Source of the DNA: Thecamonas trahens ATCC 50062
Lineage: Eukaryota > Protista > Apusomonadida
Reading direction: 5' to 3'
DNA length: 64,000 nucleotides
Assembly (NCBI RefSeq): GCF_000142905.1
Contig: NW_013657669.1
Location: 1-64,000 of the forward strand
Shown: one piece after another, positions 1-8,447 of the stretch
Layout: the number at the start of each line of letters is the position of its first letter
Position numbering within the stretch: the first letter of the stretch is position 1
The notes under the pieces: generated by a model
What the model was told of the DNA's origin: nothing
Database searches by the model: none
Seen by the model: the letters and a program-made list of their open reading frames with translations, nothing else
Made by a program: the position numbers and the translations under genes

Positions 1-873
1 TATCCACCACCTGCTTCGCCCGTCCCGTCACCCACGTCACGACCCCCTCCATCCCCCTACCCATACTCATTACGCCCGATCACTCCCAACCACTACCCTC
101 ACCCCTACCCCACCACCATCACTTCCATCCCAGCCACAACCCCCAGCCCCCCACCCTCATTCCGTGCCCACCACCATCCCATCGCGCACCCGCTTCCTCT
201 TCCTCCTCCTCCTCCTCCTCGTCTTCCCGCTCTACGTCATCTCCATCCTTATCCCCGTTCCCGACACCCACACTCCTCAACCATCACATGCCAGACTGCC
301 CATCCTCCGACCAACAGCAATCTCGAGCCATCCAGCCTCGACACAGCCCCCTCAGCTGCCCCTGCCTCGCCGACCACCAGCCGCCAGCCGTCGCCCGCTC
401 GCCCGTTCAGCCCACCTTCACCACCACCTAGCTCCTTCCCACCACTAGCTACGCTACCCACAACCTCACCCAAGGTTTTCACTCGCTATGCACTAGCACC
501 AGTATCAATACCGTCGTCATCGACACGCATCTTCCTCGGCTCATTTCCGCGTCGACTTGTTTGCCCTAGGTGGTTGAGCACGTCCTCGACCGCTCGACCC
601 CGCATACGACCCCTACCACCCTCATTGCAAGCTAAGCCCAATCTGATTTCACTACAACCGTACTACACGCTCACGCGTTTTCCGTTGCACAGTACCCAAT
701 CCACAATCTCAGCATGTTGCAATCCGACCTCCGCCGGCTGAGGCTTACTCCCCTCCGCCTGGGCCCATGCGTCATCATCTCTTCCCACAACCACCACATT
801 CACATCACACGAGTTCATCATCCCGTATCAACGCTAGAGTTGTTTGTTTTGCCGAGCCTCTCCATTTTGGTGA

Positions 874-3800
874 CTAAGCGTACTCTCGATCTAGCGAGAA
901 AAATGCTGCAACCTCTGGTACTGCCAGGACGACTTCGTGCGGAAGGAGTCCGAGCATAAATAGCGTGCGTCGGTTGCCAGCCCTTAGTGTCTGGATCATC
1001 GGAACGAGGACGACCAACATGAACGTGCCAAACACCACAAGCTGGAGCAGGAGCGCCACAAGTGGAATCCACCAGAGCAGAACTCGAATGTCGTCTGCGT
1101 CGGCATATAACTGGACAGAAAGTGCCGTCCCGCTGCGGCCCTCGCGTGGACACACGCTGGTGATGACCCCCAGCTCTGCCACGGCTGGCCCTAGGCGCGA
1201 CGCGCTCGCCCGGACCAGCTCGCGCCCAACCCGTACCAGCTCCAGCAGCATATGCGCTAGCCCGTTGGCCACCATCTCAAACAGTGGCTCGCCTGGAGTT
1301 CGACACGGCGCGTCCACAACGAGGCATGCTCCGCTCTTTTCCAGCTTGTCTTGTGGTGGGACATCAAAGTTGTTTCGCTTGCGGAGCGTGATCGTTTGCT
1401 GCGCGTCGCGCATCCGCTGCAACGATTGCCCGAGTCGTTCTCGCGCGCTTGTACCACTTCCGTGTGCCCGGAACCGGACCGTCGCCACAGTCGGCCGTGC
1501 GAGCACATCGTCCCACGGCACTGCTGCAAATGGAACAACAGCCCGCGTAAATGCGCCCAACTTGGTGCTCTCCATCATGTTCATCTCCAGGCCAAACGTG
1601 AAAATGTCCTCGTTGAGCGCCATCCGTGACCCGGCCACCGCCACAATTGATGACACGTTCACCATGTACTGCAGCTCGACAAGCGCGAGGAGGGAGAACG
1701 CGAGGACCACAACAAGACCCATCATGCCCCACAACACCCATCGCTGCCGGACCTCCACATCGTCCCGCTGCATTGCTGTCCGCGCCCGCTGCTGCCCGAC
1801 CGTCTTTCGCCATGCGAGCTCAGTCGCCGACCCAGACTGCATACTCGCCAACCGCGAGTTGTACGCATCGCTCTTTTCTGGTGAGCTCTTGCTCCGAACC
1901 GTACTGAGCTCTTGGTTTGAGAGAAATCCGACGCGCCGTGGCGCAAGCGTTCCCATGTCTCTTAACACATGTGAGTCCATCACGCCCGCACCCAGCTCCA
2001 TACTTGCCTCGTTCATAATGATGCTCACCCCGGCATCGGCGAGGCCGAGCGAGTCGTTGCCAAGTCGATCGGCCCCTTCGTTGCCTTCAACCTCCTCGTG
2101 CTGCTCATCTTCTCCGTACGATGTCGCCCGCTTCAGCCGCACCCGCGGAGCACGCACAATCACAATCGAGTCATGCTGGACAAGTCCGTCGCACGAGGAC
2201 GAACTTGCGGCGTTGTTGACTGGGCCACTTGGCGTCGGTCCAGAATCATCTGGGCTCGCCACACACGATGACTCCATCGACGACGATGATGATGACGACG
2301 ATGGCGATGACGACGACGCCGAAGGCTGGCCACTCACTATCTTGGGCATGCCGCGTGACTCTCCGATCTCCGCCGGCGTCTCTGCGTCACTAGTTGTAGC
2401 AAGTGACGATTGCGATCTGACCGAAGTGTTGGCTGCGTCGTATGAGCCTGACGCCGCTGATGGCGGCACCATGTTGACGGCTGGCGACGTCGTAGCCTGT
2501 GATGATCCCTCTGCGAGGTGCGTCGTCTGCGAAAGCCCAACAACTCCATCCCGCGAGTCGTTAAGCTCTTGTTGGTTCAGTGACTGCGACCGCGACCGCG
2601 ACCGCGCCTTCGTTTGCAGCTCCGCGACCGTCTTGCGCCCAACCGGTGCTCCTTGTCCGTGCTTGTTGGGGATTGAGTACACTTGGACGTTTGGTGAGCC
2701 TAGTGGTGTCATTCGCGGCTTGACTTTGGGTATGTCCGCAAATTGATAGCCTCCAACCGATGATGCAAGACAGTCATCTGAGAGAGACATTGCTTTGAGG
2801 AGGGAGAGCTGTGGCTTCGGGCCGTCAATGTCGCCCTCGCCGCTGTCGAACGGCACGCCGGCTGTCCCACCACCACTGCGTGCCATTTCCCCGGCACTCG
2901 TGCTTGCGTACACGCCGCCGCGCATCAGACGAGCCACCGCAGTCTTGGGAATTGCCAGAAACACGGAAATCGTCGCCCACCGTCGCTTCGACGCCGCTCG
3001 CAACGACGGCCGCACAATGACAAACACCGCCGCAACATGGATTGCCACCATCGCACCCGTTAGCGCGCAAAGTACCACCAGCGACCGCGCGTTCGTCTGG
3101 CTCGCTACCTCCTGCTCAACCTCCACCGCAGCCTCAAGTGCCACCCGCAGCGATTGCCGCCCATTGTACAACACAAACAGCGCGTCGTCGACAGGATCTG
3201 TCACAGAGCTAGCCCAAGCAGCAGGCTCAGCTGTGGCACTTGTGTTGCTTCCCACAGTCGCCATCGGAAGCTGCAGCTTGCGGCGGATGTAACTAGCGTA
3301 CGACACGGCCGCGTCGCGGACGACATGGAGCGCTTCGCGTACATTGTACGGATCGCCACGGACTCGGGCACCCAGGTTGATGCTGGACGGCCACGTCGCA
3401 GCCACCTCGCCGAACCCTTCAAAGTGGTAAAGTTCGACTTGTGCCGCGCCCTCATGCAAGCTCGCAATCTTGGCCTGCGGATCATGAAGACCTTCTGTAG
3501 ATGCTAGCATCCCGTGCCCGTACAGCATCGCCTCCAGTCCGACCCCAATTTCGTCCACCAGCCGCGCCATCGTCGTCTGGACGCTAGCCTCAGATGCAAA
3601 TGACTCTTGCCCGCCGAGCAGCAAAGAGTTGAGCTCTCGCAGCTCCGGCTCCGCGAGCACAGACCCGTTGGCCCACAGCGTGTCCGCCCGCTCGAGCAAG
3701 TAAACCGCCTCGACCGCGCCAACTGTCCGCGCAAGTCCCGCAACACGCATCGCCGCTCCCTGCGCTCGCTGCGGCTGCTCGCGCGCCTGGTCGAGCAAAA

Positions 3801-6800
3801 TCGACGACGCCACAAACACAGAGAGGCAAAGTAGAGCCAAAATAATCGCAAAGGCCGCCACACGCTTGCCGAGCTGAGAAATCGAGTGCTCCGTCTTGGA
3901 CCGGATCGCCCGCAGCGACGTTGCCACGTCCGAGTCGGCCTGCTGCGCAACTCGGCGCCGCGCCGCAAGCCGAGCTCGCGCGCTCGTCACCATGGCATGC
4001 TCCTCCGTGGACACTAGTCTGGTCTCATCTGCCAGTGCTCCAACGTCGGTGGCCACCTCATCGACGTCGCGACCTCGTCTGCGGGATTCACGTGCGCTGC
4101 CGCCGGCAGATCCGTGCCCACTCTCGGCCTCCATCGCCACGTCTACTAACGCTTCAAGGCTCTGCAAAGTGACCGAGCCACGTCGAGTCGTCCGCGACCG
4201 TGACCGTGACTGTGACCGTGATCGCGACCGCGACCGCGAGTGCTTCCGCCGATGCGTATTCTTGGAAGCTTTGCGCGACCGTGGTGGCGTCCTCGGCCGC
4301 ACTCCCGTCTGCCGCGATGATGATCGCGATCGTGGTGGCAGCCCACTCCGTCGCAATTCTCCCGGCGCTGCGCCCCTCACCAGCGTCGATGGCGCCAGCA
4401 TCGACCGTCGCCGCTGCTGTCGCGGCCACCCTGTCATCACCGACGACACCGACGCCCGCGACGTCGACCGCTTACGACGACCCGATCGCTCACCCAATAA
4501 TACGTCCGAGGTCTCGTCGAATGCCGAGCGGGTCGTCGGCGACGGCGGCTCGTCATCGCGCGACGCCACAAACAGCGACCGCTCATCCGAAAGCTCCGCA
4601 CCACTGGCTGACGCACCCACAGAGTCAAACGGCGACGCTAGCGCCAACGTTGAGCGCGGCGGCGCAACGCGGCTACCAGGGCTCCTGTTCCCGGCCCGCA
4701 GCGAGGACATCGACGGCCCCACCCGCGGCATCCGTCCGCTGGTCTGACGACCCGAGCTCATCCGGCCCGAGCTCTGTTTGCTCGTTCCGCTCGGCATTCG
4801 GCCGATGGAAGACTGGCCAGTGAGCGACGAAGACGGAGTCAACGCGGCATCGCCATCCTGTGGCGCGAGCGGAATCATGAGCAACCGGATGGTTCCCGAC
4901 TCTTCCACGTACCCCACCGCAATGACCGGGAGCGAGACGCGCGATGTCACATGCGGGTGCGTCTGCATCATGCACAGCGCCTCGCCACGGTCAGCCTCCT
5001 CAAGAAGCGGGAGCGGGACCAGCATCACCGGAACGTGCGATCCGACATCATCGCTATGCTCTTTGGCAATCGAGTACACCAAACTCGCCTCATCCTGGCT
5101 CTTGAACCAAAGCGAGAGATGATCGGCTGGCGTGGCTTGAGGCCCGGCCATGGACACGTTCTGCACCAGCCGAAGCGCTCTGCCAAATGTGGCGTGAACA
5201 ATGGTCGACGCCACCATGTTGGTCTCTTCACCGGCCCCACCACCGCTCGCCACGGTCTCGCTGCCGTCGAGCCCAACTCCATTTTCCGCACCCTCGTCAC
5301 CGTCGCCGCCATTAAGCGCAAACAGCTCGCCAAGCCCCAGCCCAAGAATAGAGTGCTCCGAGACGCCAAACAGAGCCTCGGTTGTGCCGCTTGTTGTTGA
5401 GAGAATATGCCCAGCTGGCGAAATGACCACTTCCATCGAAAAGGCCGAGACCGTGTTGAGCACAAGCATGCCGATCGAGTCATGCCCAGAGCCACCGAGA
5501 AAGAGCCCGGTAACTACCACCGGCACTTGCTCGCCTTTGCCGTTGCGCACAAGCCGGGTGTGCGCCTCGTACGTCGACGCCGTCGCAGACATCGTCGACA
5601 GCCAGTTGGCGACCGAGCCTGACGCCGCCTGGACGCCCGGGCCTGATGACGGGAACAGCGCCATGATGTGTGTACCCATCAACGCGTCAGAGTGGATCCC
5701 CAGCAGCTGCTCTGGCTTGCCCGAGACACCCACCACGGCACCGCCACGAAGGCAATAAACCGCCACACGCGTGTCGGCCTCGGGCAGCGGTCGCATCACC
5801 GCAATGTACTGTGCAGCCCGTGCACGTGTCCGTACCAGCGACAACGCCACACGCTTCCGGCTCCGGTCCGCACACTTCATGTCAAACACAAAGGTTCGCG
5901 TCAGCGACGACGCAGAGCCGAGCAGCGCGTCCTGCCAGTCAGAGAATGGTGGCATGAGGAGAGTTGTCATGAACGGTTCGCCTCGGAGGGCGACTTTGGC
6001 CGTCTTGGAGTTGTCGTACCCGAGGAGCTTGCGCGCGTGGCTGTTGACCGATGCAATGCCGCCACCCTCCGAGAGCGTCACAATCGCGTCAATCGCCCCG
6101 TTGACAAGCGCCATCGCTCCGGTGTCGTCCGGCCCGCCCACGCCCCCTGTCCCGCCAGCACCCGCGCCTGCGCCACCACCACCGCCCTCATCGGTCGCTG
6201 TCGCCATAGCTACACGCCGCGCCTTGCGGAGGAACCGCTCGGCGAGGATCGGCCGGTTCGAGACTTGGTCAAGGAACGTAGCGTACGAAACAAGTAGACC
6301 AGGTGTGTTCGGGTACTTGCGAACAAGCTGACGGTAGTAGTTGTTAGCCGAACGCTCCGACTCATCGATCCGTGCAATGAGTTTGGCTGACCGCTCCAGA
6401 AACGCGCGGTCAGACCTCAGCAGCGTCCGCCAAAAGTTGGCCAGTGACCGAATGGCTGCGTTGTGGTGCGACCGCGCTGTCCGTAGCATTGTCTCAAACT
6501 GCACATACGAGATGAGATCCATCGTGCCGGTCGTTAGCCCGCGTGCAAGTTGCGCCTGCTCCACCTCCCGCAGCTTGCGGTATCGCAAGAACCGGAGATC
6601 AACCCGTGCGGGCAACGCGAGCGACTGGTCCAGGTACGCGTGTGCCATCGCAGTATTTCCCACGCTCGCCAGAAATCGCACGTAGCAGAGCAGGAGAAAG
6701 ACCGAGTCGGGAAACTGCTCAAAACCCGCGCGAAAGACCGTGTTGGCCGCATCGACGTTGGCAGACTCGATCAGCGCCCGCGCCACAAGCTCGACATCGG

Positions 6801-7935
6801 TCACAAGGTGGAACTTGCGAAGCTTCTTGCCCTCACGCGAGAGTGGTACAACAGCGTTGAGCGCGTGTCGCCGGCGGACATACATCAACCGCCAGCCGCC
6901 GATCGCCGCGCCAAGCACAGCAAAGACCGGCACGCCGGCCAACGCCGCCACAAACATGGCGTTCGAGTTACTATCCTCCCCGTTCCCACCCACCGTGCCT
7001 AGCGCCATTGATGCCAGCCACGTAAGTGCCAGAAAGCCACCTGTCCGCGCAACTTGCAGCCGCGTGTTGTACAGCGCCATGAAGACGACGTGGAGGCCAA
7101 ATATCGACGCCGTGCACCCGATGAGAATCACACCGAGCAGTGTCCGCTCGTTAGGCAGAATTGCAAACGCGAGGAGGAGTACCGACTTGGCCACATGGGT
7201 GGCGCAGTCGACTCGCGCATGCGGCCGAGCAAGCAGGTGGCCCGAGTCGGGCGAGTCGTGAAAGTACACCAGTGAGAGCGCAGCCGTCGCACACAGAAAC
7301 ATGACCATCAAAACGCCAGAGATCACCCCGTACGTTACAACCTCACCCGTCACACACTTTGTATCCGAGTAGTCGTAGAGGACCGGCGGGTCCACCGCGT
7401 AGTCGCATGCCAGCGGCGTCAGCAAAATGCTCATGATCGGAATGTAGAGCACAGTAACTGCAAACGCCACCGCATACCGCAGAAGCCGGAGCGGCCAGAT
7501 CCGGACCCGCGACGAGTCGCGAAGCGCGAGGCCCACATACACCGCGTCGGCCCACGCGAGCAACAGCGCTGCATACACCAACGCGTTGACGACCCGGAAG
7601 ACGTCAAACGAGGAAAAGACAAGCCGCAGCGAGACCACGTTGAGCGTCGGCGTCATCACGTCTCCGCTCCATGGGCCCCACTCAAACGTCTTGTGAAAGG
7701 CAAATGCAGCAATCTGCCCAAACTCGATGAGCAAGACGAGAATAGAGAAGATCGGCTGCGACGACGACCGAGATACAATAGCAAACATGGCATCAAAGAC
7801 CGTCATCTCAAGCACCGCCCGCCACGATGCCGACGACCGCCCCAGCCCAATGTCAGAGAGGTTGTCATCATCCGCACCAGAGAGCACCGACGTGTCCAAT
7901 GATCCATCCGACACTGTGGCAAACGCCTCGCCCAT
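874..7935 (-). CDS. TmcB (tiny macrocysts)-like polytopic membrane protein with multiple PAS domains, 2353 aa
   Basis: Uninterrupted ORF. N-terminal multi-TM block, helical TPR-like region (FRAGFEQFPDS; YYRQLVRKYPNTPGLLVSYATFL), PAS-like segments (DAIVTLSEGGGIASVNSHARKLLGY; PEQLLGIHSDALMGTHIMALFP; TEALFGVSEHSILGLGLGELF), Ser/Arg-rich linkers, further TM pairs near the C-terminus. Confidence 0.8.
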   Translation of the reverse strand: MGEAFATVSDGSLDTSVLSGADDDNLSDIGLGRSSASWRAVLEMTVFDAMFAIVSRSSSQPIFSILVLLIEFGQIAAFAFHKTFEWGPWSGDVMTPTLNVVSLRLVFSSFDVFRVVNALVYAALLLAWADAVYVGLALRDSSRVRIWPLRLLRYAVAFAVTVLYIPIMSILLTPLACDYAVDPPVLYDYSDTKCVTGEVVTYGVISGVLMVMFLCATAALSLVYFHDSPDSGHLLARPHARVDCATHVAKSVLLLAFAILPNERTLLGVILIGCTASIFGLHVVFMALYNTRLQVARTGGFLALTWLASMALGTVGGNGEDSNSNAMFVAALAGVPVFAVLGAAIGGWRLMYVRRRHALNAVVPLSREGKKLRKFHLVTDVELVARALIESANVDAANTVFRAGFEQFPDSVFLLLCYVRFLASVGNTAMAHAYLDQSLALPARVDLRFLRYRKLREVEQAQLARGLTTGTMDLISYVQFETMLRTARSHHNAAIRSLANFWRTLLRSDRAFLERSAKLIARIDESERSANNYYRQLVRKYPNTPGLLVSYATFLDQVSNRPILAERFLRKARRVAMATATDEGGGGGAGAGAGGTGGVGGPDDTGAMALVNGAIDAIVTLSEGGGIASVNSHARKLLGYDNSKTAKVALRGEPFMTTLLMPPFSDWQDALLGSASSLTRTFVFDMKCADRSRKRVALSLVRTRARAAQYIAVMRPLPEADTRVAVYCLRGGAVVGVSGKPEQLLGIHSDALMGTHIMALFPSSGPGVQAASGSVANWLSTMSATASTYEAHTRLVRNGKGEQVPVVVTGLFLGGSGHDSIGMLVLNTVSAFSMEVVISPAGHILSTTSGTTEALFGVSEHSILGLGLGELFALNGGDGDEGAENGVGLDGSETVASGGGAGEETNMVASTIVHATFGRALRLVQNVSMAGPQATPADHLSLWFKSQDEASLVYSIAKEHSDDVGSHVPVMLVPLPLLEEADRGEALCMMQTHPHVTSRVSLPVIAVGYVEESGTIRLLMIPLAPQDGDAALTPSSSLTGQSSIGRMPSGTSKQSSGRMSSGRQTSGRMPRVGPSMSSLRAGNRSPGSRVAPPRSTLALASPFDSVGASASGAELSDERSLFVASRDDEPPSPTTRSAFDETSDVLLGERSGRRKRSTSRASVSSVMTGWPRQQRRRSMLAPSTLVRGAAPGELRRSGLPPRSRSSSRQTGVRPRTPPRSRKASKNTHRRKHSRSRSRSRSQSRSRSRTTRRGSVTLQSLEALVDVAMEAESGHGSAGGSARESRRRGRDVDEVATDVGALADETRLVSTEEHAMVTSARARLAARRRVAQQADSDVATSLRAIRSKTEHSISQLGKRVAAFAIILALLCLSVFVASSILLDQAREQPQRAQGAAMRVAGLARTVGAVEAVYLLERADTLWANGSVLAEPELRELNSLLLGGQESFASEASVQTTMARLVDEIGVGLEAMLYGHGMLASTEGLHDPQAKIASLHEGAAQVELYHFEGFGEVAATWPSSINLGARVRGDPYNVREALHVVRDAAVSYASYIRRKLQLPMATVGSNTSATAEPAAWASSVTDPVDDALFVLYNGRQSLRVALEAAVEVEQEVASQTNARSLVVLCALTGAMVAIHVAAVFVIVRPSLRAASKRRWATISVFLAIPKTAVARLMRGGVYASTSAGEMARSGGGTAGVPFDSGEGDIDGPKPQLSLLKAMSLSDDCLASSVGGYQFADIPKVKPRMTPLGSPNVQVYSIPNKHGQGAPVGRKTVAELQTKARSRSRSQSLNQQELNDSRDGVVGLSQTTHLAEGSSQATTSPAVNMVPPSAASGSYDAANTSVRSQSSLATTSDAETPAEIGESRGMPKIVSGQPSASSSSPSSSSSSSSMESSCVASPDDSGPTPSGPVNNAASSSSCDGLVQHDSIVIVRAPRVRLKRATSYGEDEQHEEVEGNEGADRLGNDSLGLADAGVSIIMNEASMELGAGVMDSHVLRDMGTLAPRRVGFLSNQELSTVRSKSSPEKSDAYNSRLASMQSGSATELAWRKTVGQQRARTAMQRDDVEVRQRWVLWGMMGLVVVLAFSLLALVELQYMVNVSSIVAVAGSRMALNEDIFTFGLEMNMMESTKLGAFTRAVVPFAAVPWDDVLARPTVATVRFRAHGSGTSARERLGQSLQRMRDAQQTITLRKRNNFDVPPQDKLEKSGACLVVDAPCRTPGEPLFEMVANGLAHMLLELVRVGRELVRASASRLGPAVAELGVITSVCPREGRSGTALSVQLYADADDIRVLLWWIPLVALLLQLVVFGTFMLVVLVPMIQTLRAGNRRTLFMLGLLPHEVVLAVPEVAAFFSLDREYA

Positions 7936-8447
7936 GCTTGACGGCTATTTGCCACTGCTTCCGCAGACTGTCTGCTCGACCTCGACGAGCTCGCTCACCG
8001 TCTGCCGCACCAGACAACCGGTCACCAGCGTCAAACTCACACACACAGCACACACCAGTGTTGAGCGAGAGCACACGTAGCACACCCCAGTAGAGCTAGT
8101 CTTTTGTACTTTGCTTGCTGCCTCTCTCGTCACACACAAACCCACACACACGCCCAAACAACGCGCGGAAGGCAGTCAGCAGTTGCGACTGTGCGGCTGT
8201 CTGCTATCGAGTTGAAACGACTGCCGACAACGCCGGCCGTTTGCCAAGAACGACGGTCTGCCCTACCCAGCTGGTGTGGCAATTGACCCCACAAAAATAT
8301 TTCCCCCCCCCCCCCCCCCCCTCAGGAGTACCCTATTTTGTTCCCCTGGACCGCTTGCCAAAAAGATGTCGGGTGGTTGCAGTCACCCGCACCTTGGCCC
8401 CCTACCACCCTACCTGCCTATCTCCTCTCTCTCTGCGACAGCCAACC

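Noticed and set aside
1-870. Short ORFs in the C-rich left end
   Set aside because: Low complexity with no recognisable product; may belong to a gene outside the window.
8115-8447. 111-aa N-terminal extension of the rhodopsin kinase
   Set aside because: Starts at a non-ATG codon and crosses a poly-C tract; the first ATG is at 8448.
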